Origin: Nitrospirota bacterium
Lineage (GTDB): Bacteria; Nitrospirota; Thermodesulfovibrionia; Thermodesulfovibrionales; UBA6898
Direction of reading: 5' to 3'
DNA length: 64,000 nucleotides
NCBI GenBank assembly: GCA_012026685.1
Contig: VEOY01000089.1
Location: 13,983-77,982 of the forward strand
The notes beneath the pieces are model-generated. The model was given only the letters and a program-made list of their open reading frames with translations. It made no database searches and had not been told where the DNA came from. The translations under genes were made by a program, and so were the position numbers. This document shows, piece after piece, positions 19,686-29,495 of this stretch; position 1 is the first letter of the stretch; the number at the start of each line of letters is the position of its first letter.

Positions 19686-21172
19686 TCAACGTCACACACG
19701 GCGAGACACGAGTTGCGCTCCTTGAGGGCGGTCAGGTCGTCGAGTTCTATGTCGAACGGCTGCGCGATGCAAGCCTCGTCGGCAACATCTACAAGGGAAA
19801 GGTCGTCAAGATCCTCCCCGGCATGCAGTCCGCTTTTGTGGACATTGGCCTCGAAAAAGCTGCTTTTCTGTATGTTGCTGACATCCGCTCCGACACGGAT
19901 GAATACTCCCCGATGTTCGAGGACGAGGACAAGGACCAGTCCATAGAGCTGTATCCCAAGAAGGCCCGCTCGGAAATGCCCATTGACGAAGTGCTTCAGG
20001 ATGGCCAGGAACTGCTGGTCCAGGTATCGAAAAACCCGATCGGCAGCAAAGGTGCGCGGGTCACCTCGTATATAACTTTGCCGGGCCGGTATCTTGTCCT
20101 CATGCCGGACGTCGATCATATCGGCATTTCGCGGAGGATAACGAACGAGGATGAGCGCGCCAGGCTCAAGACCATTGTCGACGCTATCAGGCCCGAAGGC
20201 TATGGTCTCATTATCCGCACCGCCAGTGAAGATTCGTCTGAAGAGGATATCCGGAAAGACCTCGAATTCCTCGTCCTGCTCTGGGAGAACCTGAAACAGA
20301 AAAAAGACCGCGTGCCGGCGCGCGGTCTGCTTTACAGTGACCTTGATCTGGCCTTCCGGTCCGTGCGCGACCTCATGAGCCAGAATGTCGAACGTCTTGT
20401 CATCGATTCCTCCGAAGAGTATCACCGCATCCTCGAGTTCGTGAAGACCTATTTCCCGAAGCTGCTGGGCAAGATCCAGCTGTACGAAGAGTCCGAACCG
20501 ATCTTCGATGCCTTCGGGATAGAGCTCGACATCTCGCGGGCTATCGGCCGCAAAGTATGGCTGAAGTCCGGGGGATACATTGTCGCCGACCAGACAGAGG
20601 CCATGACCGTTATCGATGTCAATACCGGAAAGTTCGTCGGGAAAGAAGGGCTTGAAGACACGATCCTGAAAACGAATCTTGAGGCCGTAAAGGAAATCGC
20701 CTATCAGATACGGCTGAGGAACCTCGGCGGCATCATCATCATAGACTTCATTGACATGGAAAAGCCCGAAAACAGGGAGAAGCTCTTCAGCGCCTTTTCC
20801 GACGCCATGAAACGGGACAGGGCAAAGAACACGATCCTGCATATTTCAGAGCTCGGGCTTATCCAGATGACCAGGAAGCGGGTCCGGGAAAGTCTCGGCA
20901 GGACGCTCTGCACCACCTGCCCGTATTGTGAAGGCAAGGGATTTGTAAAATCTCCCGATACGCTTTCCTATGAGATACTCCGCACGATAAAGAAAATGGC
21001 CCGCCACGGCAGCACGCAGATCATCATCACCGCGCATCCCCTTGTCGCCGAGCTGCTCTCGGACGAGGAGATGCTCGGCATCGAAGATGTTGAAAAGCAA
21101 TACGGTGCAAAGGTGATCATTCGGGCGGACAGCAAGATGCACCAGGAGAACTACGAGGTCAGCTCCCTGTGA
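19667..21172 (+). CDS. rng: ribonuclease G / Rne-Rng family endoribonuclease
   Basis: S1 domain (GNIYKGKVVKILPGMQSAFVDIG) and catalytic core (IIDFIDM). The ATG at 19667 overlaps the preceding gene by 19 nt. Confidence 0.85.
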   Translation: MGSEILINVTHGETRVALLEGGQVVEFYVERLRDASLVGNIYKGKVVKILPGMQSAFVDIGLEKAAFLYVADIRSDTDEYSPMFEDEDKDQSIELYPKKARSEMPIDEVLQDGQELLVQVSKNPIGSKGARVTSYITLPGRYLVLMPDVDHIGISRRITNEDERARLKTIVDAIRPEGYGLIIRTASEDSSEEDIRKDLEFLVLLWENLKQKKDRVPARGLLYSDLDLAFRSVRDLMSQNVERLVIDSSEEYHRILEFVKTYFPKLLGKIQLYEESEPIFDAFGIELDISRAIGRKVWLKSGGYIVADQTEAMTVIDVNTGKFVGKEGLEDTILKTNLEAVKEIAYQIRLRNLGGIIIIDFIDMEKPENREKLFSAFSDAMKRDRAKNTILHISELGLIQMTRKRVRESLGRTLCTTCPYCEGKGFVKSPDTLSYEILRTIKKMARHGSTQIIITAHPLVAELLSDEEMLGIEDVEKQYGAKVIIRADSKMHQENYEVSSL

Positions 21173-22020
21173 GCAAGGAGGCGCCCGAACTGCATGACGC
21201 GAAATTCTCCCGTCTCCTTTCTCTGCTGAAAAATACTGAAAGCGCCGTGCTGGCCTTCTCGGGCGGGGTTGACAGTTCATTCCTGCTCAGGGCCTTGAAG
21301 ATGGCCGGGGTCCGCTTCCTTGCAGTGACCGGATACTCGGAAACGGTTCCTGAAAAGGATATCATGCTGGCCTGCTCTTTTGCCAAGCAGGAAGGTGTTG
21401 AACACCGGGTGGTCAATACCGGTGAAATGCAGAACGAATTGTTCATCGCAAACACGCCTGAACGTTGCTTTTACTGCAAACAGGACCTCTTCCTCAGGCT
21501 GCAGGAGATCGCCGGAGCATGCGGCTATCAATCCCTCTTTGACGGAAGCAATGCTGACGATCTGAACGACTTCCGGCCGGGCAGAAAAGCTGCCGGGCTT
21601 TACGGGGTCAGAAGCCCTCTTGCCGAATGCGGCCTTGCAAAGCAGGACATACGTCTGCTCTCAAAGGGGCTCGGGCTTGAAACGTGGGACCGGCCGGCCT
21701 CACCTTGCCTGTCCTCCCGCTTCCCTTACGGCCAGCGTATAACTTCGGGACTCCTGAAGCGTGTGGAAAAGGCAGAAGAGTTCCTGAGGAGCCTCGGTAT
21801 AAAGACCGTTAGGGTCAGGGTGCAGGGTGACAGCGCGCGCATCGAGCTGCCCTGGCAGGACATGTCCATCATTGTGGAAGAGGAAATGCGCTGCCGCGTT
21901 ACCGAGACTTTGCATGGACTCGGTTTTGCCTTCATCTCCCTTGATCTCGACGGCTTCCGGAGCGGAAGCATGAACCGCTCACTTCCTGAAGAATTGCGAC
22001 ACAACAGCTCTCCTGTCTGA
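21169..22020 (+). CDS. larE: PP-loop ATP-utilising enzyme, LarE-like sulfur transferase (TIGR00268-like)
   Basis: PP-loop AFSGGVDSS and SPCLSSRF with a candidate sulfur-donor Cys. GTG start overlaps the rng stop. Confidence 0.65.
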   Translation: MSKEAPELHDAKFSRLLSLLKNTESAVLAFSGGVDSSFLLRALKMAGVRFLAVTGYSETVPEKDIMLACSFAKQEGVEHRVVNTGEMQNELFIANTPERCFYCKQDLFLRLQEIAGACGYQSLFDGSNADDLNDFRPGRKAAGLYGVRSPLAECGLAKQDIRLLSKGLGLETWDRPASPCLSSRFPYGQRITSGLLKRVEKAEEFLRSLGIKTVRVRVQGDSARIELPWQDMSIIVEEEMRCRVTETLHGLGFAFISLDLDGFRSGSMNRSLPEELRHNSSPV

Positions 22021-22049
22021 CCTTTCGCGGTCTGACTTGCTCCCAGCCG

Positions 22050-23261
22050 ATGGTTTATACTATTGATATGCAGGATTCCCTTATTCCGGACCTCACGCGG
22101 TGCACGCTCTGCGGTAGCTGCAAGGCAGTTTGCCCCACCTATGAGCTGGCCGCTAACGAAGCCATGGGAGCGCGGGGGCGTCTCGCCCTGGTAAAAGGCC
22201 TTACGGAAGGAGCGCTTCCGCCGTCGGCTTTGCTGAACGACCGCCTTTACAGCTGTATCCTCTGCGGCGCCTGTTCGGATATCTGCCCTCTGGGTATCGA
22301 CATCCCGGAGGCTATGTACCGGGGCCGGCACGTGCTCAGAAAATCAGACCGGAAAAGGACATTCCTCAGATATCTCCTCAAGTTCTCCACATCATGGCCT
22401 GACCTGAGTTTCAAACTTCTGTCCGTGAGCCGTGACTTTCTGCTCCCCCTGTTGTCACGGCGAAAGCTCATCCCCTTTCGTCCCGAGATCCCTGATCAGC
22501 CCTTTCATGTCGTTGAACAGGTGCATAAGGTCTCGAAGAAGAAGGGGAGGGTTGCGGTCTTCACCGGTTGCAGCGTGAACTTTTTCCTGCCCCATCTCGG
22601 CGAATCCCTTATCAATGTACTGCAATCCCTGGGATATGAAGTGGTCCTGCCGAAAGATGAGGTCTGCTGCGGCGCGCCGCTGCGGGCGCTCGGCATGGAT
22701 GAGGAAGCTGCTGCTCTGGCGAAGCAGAACCATCGCATCTTCAGCAAGCTTAAGGTAGAAGCTGTTCTGAGCCTCTGCCCGACGTGCACGCTCTCACTGC
22801 AGCATGGCTACAGATCTCTGATCGGGAAATCCATTGACAGGGCGATGGACATTTCTGTCTTTCTTCTCGACAAGCTGGAACAAAAAAGCTTCATTGACAC
22901 GTCGACAACATATCATGATCCCTGTCATCTGAAATACGGTCTCCGGACCTGGAAAGAGCCCCGGGAGATCATCACCAGAGCGGGCCTTGCACTTAAAGAA
23001 CCTTCGGAGTCCGGCTGCTGCGGGTTCGGCGGCACCTTCAGCGTTTCATACCGGGAAATGTCTCAGAACCTGCAGAAAAAGCAGGCCGCCAATCTGATGG
23101 CTGCCGGCGCCGGCACCATTGTCACGTCCTGCCCGGGCTGCATGCTCCATCTGGCACAGGCCATCAAGGACAGGCCGGTGATCCACCTGATTGAACTTAT
23201 CGAAGAAGCATACTGCCTGAGGAAACTCTACCAGGAGCCGGTCCTCGCGCAGACAGCATGA
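22050..23261 (+). CDS. (Fe-S)-binding oxidoreductase subunit with two CCG domains (GlcF/HdrD-like)
   Basis: Two ferredoxin motifs (CTLCGSCKAVCP, CILCGACSDICP) and CCG motifs (EVCCGAP, GCCGFGG). Confidence 0.8.
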   Translation: MVYTIDMQDSLIPDLTRCTLCGSCKAVCPTYELAANEAMGARGRLALVKGLTEGALPPSALLNDRLYSCILCGACSDICPLGIDIPEAMYRGRHVLRKSDRKRTFLRYLLKFSTSWPDLSFKLLSVSRDFLLPLLSRRKLIPFRPEIPDQPFHVVEQVHKVSKKKGRVAVFTGCSVNFFLPHLGESLINVLQSLGYEVVLPKDEVCCGAPLRALGMDEEAAALAKQNHRIFSKLKVEAVLSLCPTCTLSLQHGYRSLIGKSIDRAMDISVFLLDKLEQKSFIDTSTTYHDPCHLKYGLRTWKEPREIITRAGLALKEPSESGCCGFGGTFSVSYREMSQNLQKKQAANLMAAGAGTIVTSCPGCMLHLAQAIKDRPVIHLIELIEEAYCLRKLYQEPVLAQTA

Positions 23262-23331
23262 GCACAGGATTAAAAGCCCTGCTGTTCTGTTATAATGAGA
23301 CAAAACCGCATCACGATCACAGGAGAGCGTA

Positions 23332-23991
23332 ATGAAATTTTTTATCGACACGGCGAACATCGAAGAGATCAAAAAGGCCTGGGAGCTCGGCGTCATAGAC
23401 GGCGTGACGACCAATCCTTCTCTTATTGCGAAAGAGGGAAAAGACCCCGTGCAGATCCTGAAGACCATCTGCGGCATTGTGAACGGACCGGTGAACGGTG
23501 AGGTGGTGGGTGTCACCGCCGACGAAATGCTCAGGGAGGCCAAAGCTCTTGCACGGATCCACAAGAACATCGTGGTCAAGATTCCGATGATCGAAGAGGG
23601 ATTGAAGGCAGTAAAAAAACTATCCTCCATGGGTATAAAGACAAACGTGACACTCATATTCTCCTCAAACCAGGCTCTTCTGGCGGCAAAGGCCGGTGCT
23701 TCGTATGTCAGCCCTATTGTCGGCCGGCTCGATGATATAAGCCATCAGGGTATGGACGTCGTTGCCGACATCATGGAGATCTACGAGAATTATCTCTTCG
23801 AGACCGAGGTGATCGTCGCGAGCGTGCGGAACCCGCTCCATGTCATTGAGGCTGCGCGCATGGGAGCCCATATCGCCACCATCCCGTATGCGGTTATATC
23901 TCAGCTCGCCAAGCATCCGCTTACAGACATCGGTCTGGCTAAATTCCTGAAAGACTGGGAAAAGGTGCCGAAAAAGGAAAAGGGGAAATAA
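23332..23991 (+). CDS. tal: transaldolase / fructose-6-phosphate aldolase (short family 3B)
   Basis: [14 protein letters not shown]...GVTTNPSL opening and the Schiff-base region VVKIP. 219 aa. Confidence 0.9.
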   Translation: MKFFIDTANIEEIKKAWELGVIDGVTTNPSLIAKEGKDPVQILKTICGIVNGPVNGEVVGVTADEMLREAKALARIHKNIVVKIPMIEEGLKAVKKLSSMGIKTNVTLIFSSNQALLAAKAGASYVSPIVGRLDDISHQGMDVVADIMEIYENYLFETEVIVASVRNPLHVIEAARMGAHIATIPYAVISQLAKHPLTDIGLAKFLKDWEKVPKKEKGK

Positions 23992-24000
23992 GGAGTTCGA

Positions 24001-24216
24001 ATGCCTATTTACGAATACCGGTGCAATCAGTGCAACGAAGATTTTGAGAAACTTGTTTTCGGCAGTCAGGAAGTGGCCTGCCCCAAATGCTCATCCCATG
24101 ACGTGAAGAAGAAGATGTCGGCATTTGGCATGAGCGGCGTGGAAAAGCCGTTCGCAGGTTCTTCGTCCGCAGGATGCACCTCCTGCAGTAAAGGCTCCTG
24201 CAGTTCCTGCAAATAA
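24001..24216 (+). CDS. FmdB-family zinc-ribbon protein
   Basis: MPIYEYRCNQCNEDFE...CPKC opening is diagnostic. Cys-rich tail. Confidence 0.8.
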   Translation: MPIYEYRCNQCNEDFEKLVFGSQEVACPKCSSHDVKKKMSAFGMSGVEKPFAGSSSAGCTSCSKGSCSSCK

Positions 24217-24228
24217 GCTCACTGCCTG

Positions 24229-24654
24229 TTATTTGTCAGAAGCGACAAACGGGTTTGCGCGGAGGATCTTCGATACCCTGAGCGGCGTCCCTTCCATCAC
24301 AAAGACCGCCATGCCCCGTTCTTCACTCCGCCGTCCCGATACCGTCCAGCTGCTTTTCCATGCAATATTCACCATTAGCTGGCTGCCCTCGATCTCTACC
24401 CATCGCGGGGTAAAGAATATATCAACACTGTCATACGGCTTCTTGTTTGCCGTAATATCCTTCAGTCCGGTGTCTGTGGAGTTCCTCTGAAGTGCTGCCG
24501 TATCTTTTTTGATAAACGCGGTCTTTATGGTTTCGGCAAGGGCAAAGGCCTCTGTAGCGGTCCTTGATTCCGGCGATGCCTGCTTTACCTCCTTCTTTCC
24601 GCCGCATGCAACTGCCAAACAGCAGACAAGAAAAACAAGCGCTATTTTCTTCAT
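24229..24654 (-). CDS. hypothetical lipoprotein
   Basis: The ATG at 24654 gives MKKIALVFLVCCLAVACGG, a signal peptide plus lipobox-like Cys. The longer listed ORF start is unlikely. Confidence 0.55.
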   Translation of the reverse strand: MKKIALVFLVCCLAVACGGKKEVKQASPESRTATEAFALAETIKTAFIKKDTAALQRNSTDTGLKDITANKKPYDSVDIFFTPRWVEIEGSQLMVNIAWKSSWTVSGRRSEERGMAVFVMEGTPLRVSKILRANPFVASDK

Positions 24655-24806
24655 GATACCCCCTGAACAGTCATTTTTTCTTTTGGTAATAATACCCCTT
24701 ACCCCCCCTTTTTGCAATAAGCGCTCTCTGCCGGCAAGCACAGAAGGCTCTTGTTTTTGTGTCCTGATAATGCTATTCTTGTGACGTTTTTTATGACGAA
24801 AAGACC

Positions 24807-26339
24807 ATGCTCTCGAAAATTCTCAGCGCAAGCATCTTAGGAATTGACGCATACCCGGTCGAGGTCGAAGTCGACATATCCTCCAGGGGGCTCCCTCATT
24901 TCTCCATGGTGGGCCTTCCGGATACTGCGGTAAAAGAGAGCCGTGACAGGGTGCGTGCCGCACTGAAGAACATCGGCTTCAGCTTCCCCCTCAAGCAGAT
25001 AACGGTCAATCTCGCACCTGCCGACCTGAAAAAAGAAGGGTCTGCCTATGACCTTCCCGTCGCAATCGGCATCATAGCTTCAGAGGGACTCATTGACCCT
25101 GAGGGGGCAAAGGGATATCTCATTACGGGCGAGCTCTCTCTCGACGGGAAGATCAAACCCGTTCGGGGTGCCCTTTCCATGGCTATCAAGGCAAGGGACC
25201 TCGGACTGAAAGGTCTGATAGTCCCGAAAGAGAATGCGCCGGAAGCCGCTGTTGTCCACGGAATACAGATCATCGGGCTGGAAAGCCTGCCGGACGTCAT
25301 ATCCTTTCTCCGCAAGGAAAAAACTGTTGATCCTGTTACTCTGGATATCTCCAGTGCCATGCAGGACCTTTCTCTTTATGAGGACGACTTTTCCGAAGTA
25401 AAGGGGCAGGAACATGCAAAACGCGCACTTGAGGTAGCGGCTGCAGGAGGACACAACCTGCTCCTCGTCGGCCCCCCGGGGTCGGGCAAGACCATGCTCG
25501 CAAAACGTCTTCCCTCCATCCTTCCGGAGATGACATTTGAAGAAGCGCTCGAAACAACGCGCATACACAGTGTTGCAGGACTTCTCAGGGACGGTCAGCC
25601 GCTTCTTGCGACACGGCCGTTCAGGGCCCCCCATCATACCATATCCGATGTTGCGCTCATCGGCGGCGGACAGGTTCCCAAGCCCGGTGAGGTCAGCCTC
25701 GCGCACCACGGCGTACTTTTCCTCGATGAAACGCCGGAGTTTAAACGGAATGTTCTGGAAGTGCTGCGCCAGCCTCTTGAAAACGGAGATGTCACCGTCT
25801 CAAGGGCCGTCGCCTCAATAACGTATCCCGCCTCCTTTATGCTCGTAAGCGCCATGAACCCCTGCCCCTGTGGATATCTCGGTGATCCCAAACATTCATG
25901 CACCTGCACAGCAGGACAGATACAGAGGTACCGCAGGAAAATATCGGGTCCTCTTCTTGACAGGATCGATATCCATGTGGAAGTACCGGCAGTGCCCTAC
26001 AAGGATCTTTCTGCAGACTATGCGGGTGAAAGTTCACGGGATATCTCCCGGAGGGTCGTAGCAACTCGAAAACTGCAGCTGGAGCGGTTTGCGAAAGATA
26101 AGATATTCTGCAACGGGCAGATGAAGACCCGTCATATCAAGAAATACTGCGTCCTTCAGGGTGATGCTCTGGGTATCCTCGAGACAGCGATGCAGAAACT
26201 CGGCCTTTCTGCCCGTGCATACTCCCGCATTCTCAAGCTGTCCCGAACCATCGCTGATCTTGAACGCGCGGAAAATATTGCCTCGAGCCACATTGCCGAA
26301 GCAATCCAGTACCGGACACTCGACCGGGGATTGTTCTGA
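24807..26339 (+). CDS. comM: YifB/ComM family Mg-chelatase-like AAA+ ATPase
   Basis: Lon-like N-domain, Walker [16 protein letters not shown], and CxC Zn-like CPCGY motif. 510 aa. Confidence 0.9.
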   Translation: MLSKILSASILGIDAYPVEVEVDISSRGLPHFSMVGLPDTAVKESRDRVRAALKNIGFSFPLKQITVNLAPADLKKEGSAYDLPVAIGIIASEGLIDPEGAKGYLITGELSLDGKIKPVRGALSMAIKARDLGLKGLIVPKENAPEAAVVHGIQIIGLESLPDVISFLRKEKTVDPVTLDISSAMQDLSLYEDDFSEVKGQEHAKRALEVAAAGGHNLLLVGPPGSGKTMLAKRLPSILPEMTFEEALETTRIHSVAGLLRDGQPLLATRPFRAPHHTISDVALIGGGQVPKPGEVSLAHHGVLFLDETPEFKRNVLEVLRQPLENGDVTVSRAVASITYPASFMLVSAMNPCPCGYLGDPKHSCTCTAGQIQRYRRKISGPLLDRIDIHVEVPAVPYKDLSADYAGESSRDISRRVVATRKLQLERFAKDKIFCNGQMKTRHIKKYCVLQGDALGILETAMQKLGLSARAYSRILKLSRTIADLERAENIASSHIAEAIQYRTLDRGLF

Positions 26340-26427
26340 CCCAAGAGTCCTTCGGGCATTGATGGATTTGCCCTGCCACGACAGGCAATGCTATGCTTGA
26401 CTCTGCCTGGCAGGACAAATAAAATCA

Positions 26428-26503
26428 TGGTGGGCAGTCGCAGAATTGAACTGCGGACACCGGGTTTTTCAGACCCGTGCTCTACCAACTGAGCTAACTG
26501 CCC
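26428..26503 (-). tRNA. tRNA-Phe (anticodon GAA), CCA encoded
   Basis: The reverse complement folds by hand as GGGCAGT TA GCTC AGTTGGTA GAGC A CGGGT CTGAAAA ACCCG GTGTC CGCAG TTCAATT CTGCG ACTGCCC A CCA (76 nt). Confidence 0.9.
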
Positions 26504-26546
26504 ACGGTCTTTAACTATACATATTACAATTTTTGATTGTCAATAC

Positions 26547-28094
26547 ATGGAAAATTCTTTTTATAAAAAACTCTTGACGCTTTTCCCCGCGCTCGCATCG
26601 GGAATCCTTATTGCTCTTGCTTTTCCGGTCGCCGGGCTCTCTGTGCTTGCCTGGGTCGCCTTTGTACCGCTCCTTGTTTCGTTGTGGCCAAAAAGCCCGA
26701 AAGAGGCCTTTGGATCGGGGTTTGCCTTCGGCGTGGTCTATTTCTTCGGAACGCTGTACTGGATCTACCATTCCATGACCTATTATGGCGGTGTTTCTTT
26801 TGTGGCGAGCATCTGTCTTGTCCTCTTTTTATGCTCCTATCTCGCTCTTTTCCCCGCGGTCTTCGCGCTGTTGTTCGCACGGGTATGCCGCGGCACAAAA
26901 CTGCCGGCACTCTTCATTGCTCCGGTCCTCTGGGTAACGTTAGAATTCGCCCGCTCCTATGTCCTGACCGGCTTTCCCTGGTCGAGCATCGGGTACAGCC
27001 AGTATCGGGTCCTTCCCCTGATCCAGATAGCTGATATTTCCGGGATCTATGGTGTTTCGTTCCTGGTTCTCGCAGTAAACGGCGCTCTGGCAGACCTCCT
27101 GCTTGTCAGGAAACGCCTCAGCACGATGCCCCTCTTCCCTCTCTCCCTTACCTTTGTCGGCATAGCCTCCCTTCTGCTGCTTATTGCGGCTACGCTCGGC
27201 TACGGCATGTTCCGTCTCTCTGAACAGCGGCCCGGAGCCCCGGTCACCATCAGTGTCGTTCAGGGGAATATTGAACAGGACCGTAAATGGGAACCAGCAT
27301 TTCAGAATGAGGTCGTGGATATCTATGAAAAGCTCTCACGGAATGCTCTTTCCGCCCGTCCTGCCTTGCTGGTTTGGCCTGAGACAGCGGTACCGTTCTA
27401 TTTCGGTTATGACCAGCGTAATTCCGACCGTCTTATGCAATTCCAGAAGGATACCGGCTCATATCTTCTTTTTGGAAGCGTCTTGGTAAAGAGCCGCGCC
27501 AAAGACAGGGCTGAATTAACTAACAGCGTTGTAATGCTTGACAAAGAAGGAAAAAAGAGCTTTTCCTATGATAAAATACACCTTGTTCCTTTTGGCGAGT
27601 ACGTACCTCTCAGACGCGTTCTCTTTTTTGTAGACAAGCTCGTTGAAGGCATCGGGGATTATGTTCCCGGCCGGCAGTACAACAGAGCGGAAACGGAATT
27701 CGGATCCTTCGGCGCAGTAGTCTGTTATGAAGTTATCTTTCCCGGACTGGTGAGAAAATTCTTTACCCATGGAGGAGATATTATCGTAACGATAACCAAC
27801 GATGCCTGGTTTGGCAGGACTGCCGGTCCTTATCAGCATTTCAGTATGGCGGTGTTCCGGGCGATAGAGAACCGTAAACCCCTGGTACGGGCGGCCAATA
27901 CCGGCATCTCGGGTTTTATTGACAGCAATGGCAGGATCCGGGCAGCTACAGGTCTGTTCACCAGACAGGTTCTGACTGAGAATGTAATAACAGACAGCAC
28001 ACGAACGTTTTATACCAGATACGGGGATCTGTTCTCCTATCTGTGCATCATAATATCGATCGTTATGGCGATCGACATATATTCACGGAGGTAA
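26547..28094 (+). CDS. lnt: apolipoprotein N-acyltransferase
   Basis: 515 aa. Multi-TM N-terminal half, then a CN-hydrolase domain (VWPE, VVCYE). Confidence 0.9.
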   Translation: MENSFYKKLLTLFPALASGILIALAFPVAGLSVLAWVAFVPLLVSLWPKSPKEAFGSGFAFGVVYFFGTLYWIYHSMTYYGGVSFVASICLVLFLCSYLALFPAVFALLFARVCRGTKLPALFIAPVLWVTLEFARSYVLTGFPWSSIGYSQYRVLPLIQIADISGIYGVSFLVLAVNGALADLLLVRKRLSTMPLFPLSLTFVGIASLLLLIAATLGYGMFRLSEQRPGAPVTISVVQGNIEQDRKWEPAFQNEVVDIYEKLSRNALSARPALLVWPETAVPFYFGYDQRNSDRLMQFQKDTGSYLLFGSVLVKSRAKDRAELTNSVVMLDKEGKKSFSYDKIHLVPFGEYVPLRRVLFFVDKLVEGIGDYVPGRQYNRAETEFGSFGAVVCYEVIFPGLVRKFFTHGGDIIVTITNDAWFGRTAGPYQHFSMAVFRAIENRKPLVRAANTGISGFIDSNGRIRAATGLFTRQVLTENVITDSTRTFYTRYGDLFSYLCIIISIVMAIDIYSRR

Positions 28095-28095
28095 C

Positions 28096-29206
28096 ATGCT
28101 CATTCATTCTGAACTCAAAGATGAACTCTCCTCTCTCAGGAAGAAAACTGAGGCCCTCAGAGGGTATCTTTGATATTGACAGGAAAAAGAGCGATATACA
28201 AATAATAACAGAAGATCTTTCTCTGGAACAGGTCTGGTCCTCCCCTGAAAAGTCCAAAGAGCTGCTTAAGGAAAAGGCCCGGCTGGAGAATGTTGTACTC
28301 CCTTTCGGACTGCTTGAGCAGAAACTCCTGTACATTGAAGAATCCATGGGAATCCTTGATGAGGAAGGTGGCGACCTATTCCTGAAAGAAATCCGGAACG
28401 AAATGGTTTCATTCAGGAACGACCTGGAGCTCCTGGAGCTTCAGACCCTGCTTTCGGGAGAGCATGATAAACATAATGCGATCCTCACGATTCATTCCGG
28501 CGCGGGCGGCACGGAAAGCCAGGATTGGGCCCAGATGCTCATGAGAATGTATCTGCGCTGGGCTGAACGTCATGGATGTCAGGCGCAGGTCGTGGACGTG
28601 CAGCCAGGTGAAGAAGCAGGTATAAAAAGTGCCACGATGACAATAAACGGCGATTACGCATATGGCTATCTCCGCTCGGAGGCCGGTGTCCATCGATTGG
28701 TGAGGATATCCCCTTTTGATACCAACAAGAGAAGACATACCTCGTTTGCGTCTGTCATCGTAAGTCCTGAAATTGAAGATGATATTCAGGTCGATATCAG
28801 GGAAGAAGACATTAAGATGGACACGTATAGGGCATCGGGAGCTGGAGGGCAGCATGTGAATAAGACATCTTCTGCTGTGCGTCTTACCCATATGCCGTCA
28901 GGGATCGTGGTCAGTTGTCAGAACGAGCGTTCTCAGCACAAAAACAGAGCTGTTGCCATGAAGGTTCTCAAGGCGCGGTTATTTGACTTGGAAATGAAAG
29001 CGAAAGAAAAGAAGATGGAAGCTTTGGTCGGTGATAAAAAGGAAATTGCATGGGGAAGCCAAATCAGGTCATATGTGCTTCAGCCTTACAGGATTGTCAA
29101 AGACCATAAGACCGGTTCAGAAAGAGGCGATGTAGATTCAGTTCTTGATGGAGATATTGATGTGTTTCTTAAAGAGTCTCTCAAGTTAAAAACAACAAAC
29201 CAGTGA
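28096..29206 (+). CDS. prfB: peptide chain release factor 2, expressed via programmed +1 frameshift at CTT TGA (28168..28173)
   Basis: The ATG at 28096 (GGAGG upstream) opens a 25-codon frame, MLIHSELKDELSSLRKKTEALRGYL, ending at TGA 28171..28173. The +1 frame continues as DIDRKKSDIQ... and carries SPF and GGQ (SGAGGQHVNKT). Confidence 0.9.
28159..28174 (+). other. prfB recoding site: internal SD-like AGAGGG, then TAT CTT TGA T
   Basis: AGA GGG TAT CTT TGA T closely matches the E. coli prfB shift site AGG GGG UAU CUU UGA C. Confidence 0.85.
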
Positions 29207-29267
29207 GTCATCTCCTTTTATTAGTTTTTTATAAAAGATTAGTAATAGAGAATAGGTGCTGTGAAGA

Positions 29268-29276
29268 TGTGGAAAA
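29268..29276. promoter_or_regulatory. DnaA-box-like 9-mer TGTGGAAAA (one mismatch to TGTGGATAA)
   Basis: Read directly from the sequence. Confidence 0.4.
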
Positions 29277-29466
29277 GTTAAATAACCATTTGAAAAATAT
29301 ATCTTTTTTTGTATTATAATTCCGTAAGAAAGAATGGGTCTTTCCTAACATAAAAAAGATGGGATCAATATTTACAAAATACTCACAAGATAATAACGGA
29401 GATGTTGTCTGGTATCAGGAATTAGGATATAATATTCGACCTGCCGAAAATAAAATTATTAACAAT

Positions 29467-29475
29467 TGTGAATAA
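29467..29475. promoter_or_regulatory. DnaA-box-like 9-mer TGTGAATAA (one mismatch to TGTGGATAA), 21 nt upstream of the dnaA ATG
   Basis: Read directly from the sequence. Confidence 0.4.
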
Positions 29476-29495
29476 CTTGTCAGTAAAGGGCTGCG

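Larger units (their letters stand above)
29207..29495. other. putative oriC / dnaA promoter region (AT-rich intergenic)
   Basis: 289 bp non-coding and conspicuously AT-rich, directly upstream of dnaA. It holds two one-mismatch DnaA boxes and several TATAAT-like hexamers. Confidence 0.5.

Noticed and set aside
19487-20842. Long antisense ORFs listed in the track. Examples are 19487..20842 (451 aa), 33396..34508 (370 aa), 49251..50342 (363 aa), 11095..12102 (335 aa), 7054..8124 (356 aa) and 5798..6364.
   Set aside because: Each lies wholly opposite a gene with unmistakable family motifs (rng, gyrB, glgP, the GGDEF protein, sdhA, sdhB). Their translations are low-complexity or Arg/Pro/Gly-rich, as expected for stop-poor reverse frames in GC-moderate DNA.
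22050-23261. Selenocysteine in the GlcF/HdrD-like Fe-S protein or in the MoeB/ThiF-like gene (12197..12934). Both belong to families with known Sec-containing members.
   Set aside because: Both ORFs are uninterrupted and all CCG/CxxC positions are encoded as Cys. There is no in-frame TGA.
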